Assembly: GCA_015063605.1 (NCBI GenBank)
Contig: SVTV01000011.1
Span: forward strand, 1 to 64,000
Source: Oscillospiraceae bacterium
GTDB taxonomy: Bacteria; Bacillota; Clostridia; Oscillospirales; SIG627
Length of the DNA stretch: 64,000 nt
Reading direction: 5' to 3'
The position numbers were made by a program, and so were the translations under genes. This document shows positions 27,874-35,643 of the stretch, one piece after another (the first letter of the stretch is position 1; every line of letters starts with the position of its first letter). The notes under the pieces were generated by a model that ran no database searches, had not been told where the DNA came from, and saw only the letters and a program-made list of their open reading frames with translations.

Positions 27874-29235
27874 TTATATTGATATCGTTCCGTCCGAAAG
27901 GTCTTTTGCCGCAAAGGATACAAAGTAAAACGGTATTGTAAGAAGCTTCTGCTCGTTATCGTAACCGTAATTGTTTTTGGAGATCTTTATGGCAAATTCA
28001 AATTTGTTGTGATTGGAGAACTTTTCAAGAGAATTTAAAGTGCCTCTGCCCTTTTTGACATCTATCGGATAAAGCTTGTTATCCGATTCTATGATAAATT
28101 CAAGCTCTGCCGAGGATTTTCCGCGCCAATAAAACAACTTCAGGTCTTTGGCTACCAGCTCATTGGCAACAAAATTTTCGAAAAAGATGCCTGACAGAGT
28201 GTTTTCTCTGCTGCTTGATATGAAGGATGATGCATTGATACCGCTCTGATATGAGAACATGCCGATGTCTCCGAGAAAAAGACGGAAATTACTTTCATTA
28301 TCAGCCATAAGAGGCATCGAAACATGCTCTTTGAGCTGAAATGACTGATTCACAATGTGCGCTAATGTGAGCCACTGAACAGAGGTGGCAAAATCTCTTG
28401 TCCTGCTGTTTTCCTCGATCAGCCCGGGAGAAAAATTCTTCGATTCTTTGTTGAGCTCTTTGAAAATATTCTCGAATAAGGTGCGAGAGCGCAATACCGA
28501 TTCTCTGCTCGCTTGATACAGCTCCATATCCGAAAGGTAATTATCATATAAAGACTTCAATATCTCTCTTGCTTCGAAAAGATCGCCATCGCTTATATAA
28601 GCGTCTACCGCTTCGGGCATTCCGCCTACAAGCAAGTATCTGTATACTTGCTCCATTGCCAGCTCATGGATATTTGCATCCGGAGGTGTTTTTGTATCGT
28701 ACGCTTTTTTTACGGCGTCATAAAGAGGCGTGTTGGAGTTCAGTAAGAATTCGTCAAAGGTCAACGGATACACGGTTATCTGATTTATTTTTCCTACGGG
28801 AAAAAGAAACTTACCGGTCTCCTCGGAGCCCTTTTTTCGTGTCTCCCTTTGGAGCTTGATCCTTACCATAGAACCTGTTGCGATGACGGGGATATCTCTG
28901 AGATCCTGACAAAAGTATTTCAGAGATGATATTATATTCGGACACTCCTGGATCTCATCGAAGATCAAAAGAACGCTTTCGTCTATTCTTCTTCCTTTTG
29001 AAAGAGAAATATATTCTACGATCTTCTCGGCATTTGCGGTCTCGGAGCAAAATTCCCGTATATCGTCTTCCTTCTTCAGATCGATATAGATATAGCTGTT
29101 CTTGTAATACCTTTCGGCAAATATTTTTTGAACAAGGTAAGTCTTTCCGACCTGTCTTGCTCCCCACACGATCAGAGGCTTTTTTCTTTTATTATTATTC
29201 CAGGCTATTAATGATTGCAAAGCAATTCGTTCCAT
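27874..29235 (-). CDS. AAA+ ATPase with DUF4143 domain (second, diverged copy)
   Basis: Walker A WGARQVGKTYLVQ; 453 aa; same architecture as 14998-16296 but low sequence identity. Confidence 0.7.
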   Translation of the reverse strand: MERIALQSLIAWNNNKRKKPLIVWGARQVGKTYLVQKIFAERYYKNSYIYIDLKKEDDIREFCSETANAEKIVEYISLSKGRRIDESVLLIFDEIQECPNIISSLKYFCQDLRDIPVIATGSMVRIKLQRETRKKGSEETGKFLFPVGKINQITVYPLTFDEFLLNSNTPLYDAVKKAYDTKTPPDANIHELAMEQVYRYLLVGGMPEAVDAYISDGDLFEAREILKSLYDNYLSDMELYQASRESVLRSRTLFENIFKELNKESKNFSPGLIEENSRTRDFATSVQWLTLAHIVNQSFQLKEHVSMPLMADNESNFRLFLGDIGMFSYQSGINASSFISSSRENTLSGIFFENFVANELVAKDLKLFYWRGKSSAELEFIIESDNKLYPIDVKKGRGTLNSLEKFSNHNKFEFAIKISKNNYGYDNEQKLLTIPFYFVSFAAKDLSDGTISI

Positions 29236-29285
29236 ACAATAACCGTTCCTTTCTGTGCGTTTTTTGCCTTTACGATATATTATAA

Positions 29286-29420
29286 CATGACTTTCACATT
29301 TTTACAAGTTTTTTCGAAGCTTGTTTTCACATTTTTCGATGTTTTTTAAGATACGATCTTCACGTTTTTAGACACTTTTGAAGCCATGACTTTCACGTTT
29401 TGCTGTGTAAGGCGAGAAAA
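29286..29420. repeat. Four copies of (T)TTCAC(A/G)TTTTT at exact 33-bp periodicity (starts about 29292, 29325, 29359, 29391) upstream of DUF4143 ATPase gene
   Basis: Direct inspection; outer units also share CATGACTTTCAC. Confidence 0.75.
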
Positions 29421-29431
29421 GGTGTGGAATA

Positions 29432-31114
29432 TCAAGCTTTTTCGGAAAATTGATTCTGCGTGTTCTTCGGGAATCTGACCGTTATTTTTGTGCCCTTGCC
29501 CACGGTGCTGTCAAGGCTTATCTTCGCATCGTGAAGCCGTGCGGCACGCTTGACTATAGACAAGCCGAGACCTGTGCCTCCCACCTGCTTTGAGTGGCTC
29601 TTATCTATTCTGTAAAAGCGTTCGAATATCCTTTCCTTGTATTCCGCAGGGATACCTATGCCCGTATCGGTCACGGTGAGGATCACGGTGTCTCCCGCAT
29701 TTCTCGTTTCGATACGCACACTTCCGTCGGGAACATTATATTTGATCGCATTTTCGCAGAGGTTATATATAATACACTCTATAAGATATGGAATTCCGTT
29801 TATAATGCAGGTTTCGCCTCCGAGAAAGAGAGTGATACCGAAGTGTTCTGCTTGGACCCTGAGGGAAGAGATTACGCCTGCCGAGATCTCGTGAATATCG
29901 GTTTCCGTTCTGTTTTTCTCTGCCGCACCCTCGTCAAGCATTGAAAGCTTGATTATATCGTTGACGAGGCTTATCATCCTCTTTGCCTCGGAATAGATCT
30001 GCCTTGAAAATTCGGGAACGTCTTCAGCTTTGACAAGACCGTTGGAAAGAAGCTCCGCGCATCCCGATATCGAATGGAGAGGCGTTTTTAATTCATGAGA
30101 AACATTGGCTGTGAATTCCCGTCTCATTTTTTCGGAGTTTACCTTTTCGGTTATATCAAAAACGATGATGACCGCACCGATATTTTCTCTGTCGGAAATG
30201 ACGGGACTTGCATTGAATTGGTATATGCGGTCGTTTTTCTCAATGAGTGTTTCCGAGTGAGCACCCGTCTTCGTTTTAGACAAAATATCGGAAAGATCGG
30301 CTTCGGTAACTGCTGCGGTAAGCTCAAGTCCTGTGCAGTATTTGCCCGTATTGAGTATTTCGGCGGCGGCACGGTTTATGCTTACGATACGATCCTTTTC
30401 ATTTGTTATGATAAGCCCCTCGGTCATTTTATCCGTTGCGGCGTTGAATTCATCACGTCTGCGTCTCAATTCCTCCGATTGTCCCGCCAGCTGATTCTGC
30501 TGGCTTTGTATTCTCTGCATCAACGGAAGAAGTTCCTTATATTCCACATTTGCCATGGGACGGTTAAGGTCAATCTCATTAAGAGGCTTGACAAGCTTTT
30601 TTGCAACGCCCGAAGCAAGAACGGCTGACAATATAAGCGCCGCTGCAATAACTACGGTAATGGGCTGAGCCATACTTAATATTATTGTAAGAAGTGTGAG
30701 CTGTGAATCGGCAAGACGGATAACGGAGCCGTCGGGAAGCTTTTTTGCGGAATATATCATATCCTGCATTATTTCTTCGGAAAATCGAGAGGATTCTCCG
30801 TATCCGTTTTCGATCGCTTCGCGTATTTCTTCCGCTTCAAGGGGGTCTGTGTTTTCCGCTGTTTTCCGGGAATCGAACAGTATAGTTCCGTCCCTGCTTA
30901 TCCATGTTATTCTGTTGTCGTTTGTTGAGAGTCCGTCGAAGTATGCCATACCCTCATTAGCTACCGCCTGGCTTGCAAGAAGAGTCTGGGTTTTGAGCTG
31001 ATCCTTCTGCATTTTAAAGAGATAATCGTAAAGTATTCCTATGGTTATGGCGATAGAGGCAAGGAGAACAGTGACGGCGACGAGCAGTATCGATCTGAAG
31101 ATCTTGTTTGTCAT
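29432..31114 (-). CDS. Sensor histidine kinase, PhoR-like (TM - PAS - HisKA - HATPase)
   Basis: H-box VSHELKTPLHSI, N/G boxes (NLCENAIKYN, DTGIGIP, GGTGLGLSIVK); start set to ATG 31114 (MTNKIF) giving 4-bp overlap with upstream RR. Confidence 0.8.
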   Translation of the reverse strand: MTNKIFRSILLVAVTVLLASIAITIGILYDYLFKMQKDQLKTQTLLASQAVANEGMAYFDGLSTNDNRITWISRDGTILFDSRKTAENTDPLEAEEIREAIENGYGESSRFSEEIMQDMIYSAKKLPDGSVIRLADSQLTLLTIILSMAQPITVVIAAALILSAVLASGVAKKLVKPLNEIDLNRPMANVEYKELLPLMQRIQSQQNQLAGQSEELRRRRDEFNAATDKMTEGLIITNEKDRIVSINRAAAEILNTGKYCTGLELTAAVTEADLSDILSKTKTGAHSETLIEKNDRIYQFNASPVISDRENIGAVIIVFDITEKVNSEKMRREFTANVSHELKTPLHSISGCAELLSNGLVKAEDVPEFSRQIYSEAKRMISLVNDIIKLSMLDEGAAEKNRTETDIHEISAGVISSLRVQAEHFGITLFLGGETCIINGIPYLIECIIYNLCENAIKYNVPDGSVRIETRNAGDTVILTVTDTGIGIPAEYKERIFERFYRIDKSHSKQVGGTGLGLSIVKRAARLHDAKISLDSTVGKGTKITVRFPKNTQNQFSEKA

Positions 31115-31118
31115 ATTG

Positions 31119-31808
31119 TTACCCTTTATGTTTTTTATCGGGAGCGACAAGCTTGTATCCCACACCTCGGACAGTTTCGATATGATCCTTGGCGCTTCCC
31201 AGCTTATCACGAAGCGTTCCTATATGTACATCGACAGTTCTCGTTTCCCCCGAGAAATCCGTTCCCCATACGAAGGAAAGAAGCTGATCTCGTGTAAATA
31301 CTCGCTGAGGATTGGAAGCCAGAATACGAAGCAGCTCGAATTCTTTCAAGGTAAGCTGTAACGCTTCGCCGCATACGCTTGCGGTGTGCTTTTCGGTGTC
31401 TATGAATATATTTCCTGCGTTTACCGTATTGTCTTTTTTCTTTGTTCCCGTTCTTCTTAAGACAGCCTTGACACGGGAGACCATTTCCATCATTCCGAAG
31501 GGCTTAGCGAGATAATCGTCTGCACCTGCATCAAGTCCCGTTACCTTGTCGTATTCCGTGGATCTTGCGGTTGCCATTATAATGGGTACATCGGCGGTCT
31601 TGGGATCTGAGCGGAGGCGCTTCAGAATAGATGTTCCGTCTTCGCCGGGAAGCATTATGTCAAGTAGTATAAGCTCGGGTATTTCCGACAAAAGAGCAGC
31701 GGAAAGCTCTTTTCCGTCATTCAGTCCCCTGGCTTCAAATCCCGATGCCTTCAGGGTGTATATCATCATGTTTCGTATTCCGCTGTCGTCTTCAACACAG
31801 TAGATCAT
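31119..31808 (-). CDS. OmpR/PhoB-family response regulator
   Basis: Receiver domain with phospho-acceptor D (ILLDIMLPGEDG) and winged-helix C-terminus (TVDVHIGTLRDKL). Confidence 0.85.
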   Translation of the reverse strand: MIYCVEDDSGIRNMMIYTLKASGFEARGLNDGKELSAALLSEIPELILLDIMLPGEDGTSILKRLRSDPKTADVPIIMATARSTEYDKVTGLDAGADDYLAKPFGMMEMVSRVKAVLRRTGTKKKDNTVNAGNIFIDTEKHTASVCGEALQLTLKEFELLRILASNPQRVFTRDQLLSFVWGTDFSGETRTVDVHIGTLRDKLGSAKDHIETVRGVGYKLVAPDKKHKG

Positions 31809-31974
31809 TTGTTTCTCCTATGTATTGTATTTATTCGTAAACGGTTTTTATGTGCCTATGCCGGCACCGTACCCCAATATTATACACCATATTTTTATTA
31901 ATGTCACCGATTTTTAAGAAAAAGCAGAGAAATTTGTTCTCTGCTTTTAGAATTGTGTTTATAAAGCGATGCGG

Positions 31975-33720
31975 TCAGTTAAGAGAATACTTTCTCGCAT
32001 AGCTTTCGTATTTTGTTTTGAAATCGGAGCTTGTGTTTCTGACCTCACGGAGATACTCGTGAAGGTCGAGCTTTTTGTGCGCCATATCAAGTATGCATCC
32101 CGCTATGTTGGAGCAATGATCTGCCGTGCGCTCGAAGTCCGCAAGAAGATCGGACCATACAAAGCCTGCTTCAATGGTGCAGTAGCCCTTCTGCATACGC
32201 AGAATATGGTTAGCTCTGAGATTTTCCTTGAGACCGTCTATTACCTGCTCAAGAGGCTCTACTAAAGTTGCCGATTCAAGGTCGTCATGAAGAAAGGCGT
32301 TGAGGGAGAGGCTGAGGATCTCATCAACAGCCGCTGAGATAACGGATATCTCTCTGAGTGCCTGCTCTGTAAAGTTCAGCTTCTTTTCCTTCATTTCCTC
32401 TACAGCCTCAAGAATGTTGACTCCGTGGTCTGATATTCTTTCGAAGTCGCCTATCATTCTGAGAAGCATTGCGGCTTCGGAACTGTTTTCTTCGCTCAAT
32501 TGCTGTGTGCTGAGATGAACAAGGTATGTTCCGAGAAGGTCCTCATATTTATCGGATCTTTCTTCGCCATCGCGGATCTTTGCTGCAAGCTCGGGATTGT
32601 AGGAGCCTATTGCTTTGAGGCTTTCCTTCAAGGTTTCAACGGAAAGCTTTGCCATTTCCAATGTGGTGTGGCGGCTCTGCTCAAGAGCGATGGCGGGAGT
32701 CGCGAAAAGTCTTTCGTCAAGCTCAACGACCTTTTCGGGAGCTTTTCCTTCGGGAACAAGAACGAAAGCAAGCTTTTCAAGAAGCGATGTCATGGGGAGA
32801 AGAAGTGCCGTGCAAGCTATATTGAAAAGAGAATGAGCAACGGCGATACCGGCATGATCTGCCGCCTGTGAGAAGAGAAGAGGAGAGAATACCGCATCGA
32901 TGATACAGAATGCGGAAAGCCATACGATAGTACCTATAACGTTAAAGGAAAGATGGACAAGCGCCGCACGCTTTGCGTTTTTGTTAGTTCCGAAGGAGGA
33001 GAGGAGCGCTGTTATACATGTACCGATATTTTGTCCCATTATGATGGGAACAGCGGCGCCGTAGGAGATCTGACCCGTTACGGTGAGAGCCTGAAGAATA
33101 CCGACGGAGGCGGAGCTTGATTGAATGACTGCCGTAAGAACAGCACCTGCAAGCATTCCGAGAATGGGATTTTCAAATGCCACGAAGAGCTCTCTGAATG
33201 CGGGAATGTCCTTGAGCCCCGAAACGGATGCGGACATCGTGTCCATTCCGTACATCAATGTAGCAAAGCCCAGAAGGATCGTTCCGGTGTCTTTCTTTGT
33301 ACTGCTCTTTGTGAACATCAAAAACGCCGTTCCGATGAGAGCCAATACGGGGGTAAAGGATGTGGGCTTAAGAAGGGAAAGGATTATATTGTCGCTTTCG
33401 ATTCCGCCCAAGGAAAGTATCCATGCGGTGACCGTCGTACCGACGTTTGCACCCATGATAACGTTTATCGACTGTCCCAGCGACATGATACCGGAGTTTA
33501 CAAATCCGACTACCATGACGGTGGTGGCAGATGAGCTTTGTATTATTGCCGTAACGCCGAGACCCATAAGGAAGCCCGCCATTTTCTTCGTCGTAAGCTT
33601 ACTTAATATGGTTCGCAGTCCGTTTCCTGCGCGTCTTTCCAACGCCTGACCCATCAGTGTCATTCCGAACAGGAAAAGACAAAGACCGCCTATAAGGTTT
33701 AAAATGTCAAAAATATCCAT
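31975..33720 (-). CDS. Na+/phosphate cotransporter family protein with C-terminal PhoU-like repeats
   Basis: MDIFDILNLIGGLCLFLFGMTLMGQALE is a typical NptA/YjbB N-terminus; C-terminal PhoU-like helical repeats; start chosen at ATG 33720 behind AAGAAAGG SD (ORF track begins at TTG 33765). Confidence 0.75.
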   Translation of the reverse strand: MDIFDILNLIGGLCLFLFGMTLMGQALERRAGNGLRTILSKLTTKKMAGFLMGLGVTAIIQSSSATTVMVVGFVNSGIMSLGQSINVIMGANVGTTVTAWILSLGGIESDNIILSLLKPTSFTPVLALIGTAFLMFTKSSTKKDTGTILLGFATLMYGMDTMSASVSGLKDIPAFRELFVAFENPILGMLAGAVLTAVIQSSSASVGILQALTVTGQISYGAAVPIIMGQNIGTCITALLSSFGTNKNAKRAALVHLSFNVIGTIVWLSAFCIIDAVFSPLLFSQAADHAGIAVAHSLFNIACTALLLPMTSLLEKLAFVLVPEGKAPEKVVELDERLFATPAIALEQSRHTTLEMAKLSVETLKESLKAIGSYNPELAAKIRDGEERSDKYEDLLGTYLVHLSTQQLSEENSSEAAMLLRMIGDFERISDHGVNILEAVEEMKEKKLNFTEQALREISVISAAVDEILSLSLNAFLHDDLESATLVEPLEQVIDGLKENLRANHILRMQKGYCTIEAGFVWSDLLADFERTADHCSNIAGCILDMAHKKLDLHEYLREVRNTSSDFKTKYESYARKYSLN

Positions 33721-33818
33721 AAAATGCCTTTCTTTTTGCGTATATCCCATACGCATTACTTTCAAAATCTTATTCTACAGCTATATGATACAATAAATAC
33801 ATCAAGAAAAATGCGGTG

Positions 33819-33862
33819 GTTTTGTAAAGTTTTTGTAAAGTTTTGAATTTGATTGTAATGGA
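33819..33862 (-). promoter_or_regulatory. Pho-box-like direct repeats (TTTACA-N5-TTTACA plus flanking TTACAA/TTCAAA at about 11-bp spacing) upstream of Na/Pi cotransporter
   Basis: On minus strand: ccaTTACAAtcaaaTTCAAAacTTTACAaaaacTTTACAaaacc; resembles Gram-positive PhoP-box TT(A/T/C)ACA direct repeats with 11-bp periodicity. Confidence 0.45.
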
Positions 33863-33917
33863 TAAATTTATATTTAACGGCAAAAAGTGTTGAAATATGA
33901 GGAGATAAAACAAAAGG

Positions 33918-34110
33918 GGGGCGTCGCATTAAGCGACGCCCCCGCTAAAACAGCGGACGAAAATAGGGGACGGGAAGCCGCTATTTTCGGAAACTTGAAC
34001 GTTTTTGGCGTGCTTTAGTACGAATTTTTACGTAATTTCGGTGCCAAAACGATGAATTTTATTCATCGAGTTCAATTTCAGGGCTTGGCTCACGTTAGTG
34101 AGACAGCCCC
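33918..34110. repeat. 193-bp structured repeat element, copy A (candidate small RNA or MITE)
   Basis: About 97 percent identical to 52171-52363; starts with hairpin GGGGCGTCGC-ATTAA-GCGACGCCCC, contains CGCTAAAACAGCG and GAAAATAG...CTATTTTC hairpins, ends with GGGCTTGGCTCAC-GTT-AGTGAGACAGCCCC followed by TTTGTTTTC. Confidence 0.8.
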
Positions 34111-34117
34111 TTTGTTT

Positions 34118-34432
34118 TCATTGCCTTTTATTTTCTTTTATTTTTAATACAGCGAAAATGCATACGGATACAAATAATACCACGCCGTACAAAACAGATG
34201 CTCCGAGGCTGAAGAATACCTCACCGAAGTAGGTAAGTCCCGGCATAAAGCCGTATCCCGGAAGGCTGTCAAAGTATCTCATCAGCAAAAACGATACGAC
34301 AAGCGGTAGGAGCTCGGATAAAAGCAAGCTTATCCAAAGCTTTGCCGTATTTTTGCGGATGCATGAGATGAGCAGTAATATCTGTAAAACAAATATCGCA
34401 ATGTATGCTATGAGAAGCAATGTCTGCATCAT
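34118..34432 (-). CDS. Small three-TM membrane protein, unknown function
   Basis: 104 aa, hydrophobic segments; no homology recognised. Confidence 0.35.
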   Translation of the reverse strand: MMQTLLLIAYIAIFVLQILLLISCIRKNTAKLWISLLLSELLPLVVSFLLMRYFDSLPGYGFMPGLTYFGEVFFSLGASVLYGVVLFVSVCIFAVLKIKENKRQ

Positions 34433-34441
34433 GGCAAAGGA

Positions 34442-35542
34442 TTATTTCTTCGACAGCTCGAATTCTCTGTCTGCCTGAGCGCAGAGGCGCTTGATAAGCT
34501 CTATCTCCTTGGGATCGTAAGGATGGTGGTTGGGTCTGTAAAGATCGTGGAACCATTTTGTAAAGTCTATATCGTAGTGAGGATCCTTTTCATATGCCTG
34601 CCATGAACCGTTCCAAGGCTCATATGTCTGATAAAGTCCCGCAACGAAGCCCCAGTTGAAGCATCCGATCTTTTCGCAGTAGAAGAGAGGGAATATTTCC
34701 TGGACTGTATTGTGGAGACATCTTCCCAGCCACTCTGTGTTGACTATAGGTCTGCCGTAGGATTTAAGGCGTCTTATGAAAAGAGCCGTTGTCTCAAGGT
34801 TTGAGTATGTGTGGAAGGAAACGATATCGGAATTGTCGATAGCGAACTGCTCGACCTCGGTGTATGCTCTGTTGTTTTCGTTGAGCAAATGCCATACACA
34901 GCAGGTAAGGGGCTGAATGGGATCTATTTCACGGGCGATCTCGAAGAATTTCTTCAGGTGAGGCTTTGTTACCTCTGCACGCTTAGAAGCGCCGACCTCG
35001 TTGTACATATCCCACATGATTATTCTGTCGTCGTTTCTGTACTTCGTCATTATCTCACGTACCATTTCATAATGGCGCTCAGCAACACCGGGCTCGTCCA
35101 TGATATGGTATCCCATGCCTACGAACTGGGAGTGCTGAGACATCTTTCTTCCGCCGTGATATCCCCAATCGTAATGCTGTACGCCAAGCTTGAGAGGTCT
35201 CCACGCTTCGTTCTTGGGAGGCATGCAGTCGTTTCCGAAAACTACCATGGCTCTGATTCCGTGCTTGTACATGGTGTCGAGATATCTGTCGAAGCGCTCC
35301 ATGAAGCCGTCATGCTCCTGATCCCAAACGATAAACTCAAGTATTATTCTCATGGCGTTGAAGCCCGTCTTTGCGGCAAGCTCCAATTCCTCGTCGGCTG
35401 TCTTGAGTCTCTCCTCAAAGCCAAGCTCCTGCCACTGGTCTATTCTGTTGGCGCAGTCGCTTCCCATGAAGTTACAGCCTCTTATCCATGTGTGGTTGTT
35501 ATACCATTCCCACGCTTTTTCTTTACTCCAAACTCCGTTCAT
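34442..35542 (-). CDS. Clan GH-A (beta/alpha)8 glycoside hydrolase (GH5/GH113-like), intracellular
   Basis: GFNAMRI and WDMYNEV (NE acid/base) motifs typical of GH-A TIM-barrel glycosidases; no signal peptide. Confidence 0.45.
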   Translation of the reverse strand: MNGVWSKEKAWEWYNNHTWIRGCNFMGSDCANRIDQWQELGFEERLKTADEELELAAKTGFNAMRIILEFIVWDQEHDGFMERFDRYLDTMYKHGIRAMVVFGNDCMPPKNEAWRPLKLGVQHYDWGYHGGRKMSQHSQFVGMGYHIMDEPGVAERHYEMVREIMTKYRNDDRIIMWDMYNEVGASKRAEVTKPHLKKFFEIAREIDPIQPLTCCVWHLLNENNRAYTEVEQFAIDNSDIVSFHTYSNLETTALFIRRLKSYGRPIVNTEWLGRCLHNTVQEIFPLFYCEKIGCFNWGFVAGLYQTYEPWNGSWQAYEKDPHYDIDFTKWFHDLYRPNHHPYDPKEIELIKRLCAQADREFELSKK

Positions 35543-35643
35543 ACTGATTTTCCTTTCAATAAGTTATATTTTTATTTGTTTTTGAAATTGATCTTACACA
35601 ATTCAAGCCTCTCCCTCCGGGAGGCGGAGAGGGCCAAATTACC

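Noticed and set aside
33721-33765. TTG start at 33765 for the Na/Pi cotransporter
   Set aside because: The in-frame ATG at 33720 has a strong AAGAAAGG SD and gives the canonical family N-terminus MDIFDILNLIGG. The extension would overlap the Pho-box-like promoter region.
33918-34110. Structured 193-bp element as a tRNA or other known housekeeping RNA
   Set aside because: It has no cloverleaf arrangement or anticodon-arm geometry, and it is too long. The two copies are near-identical, which fits a mobile or duplicated element better. I recognise no known riboswitch consensus in it.
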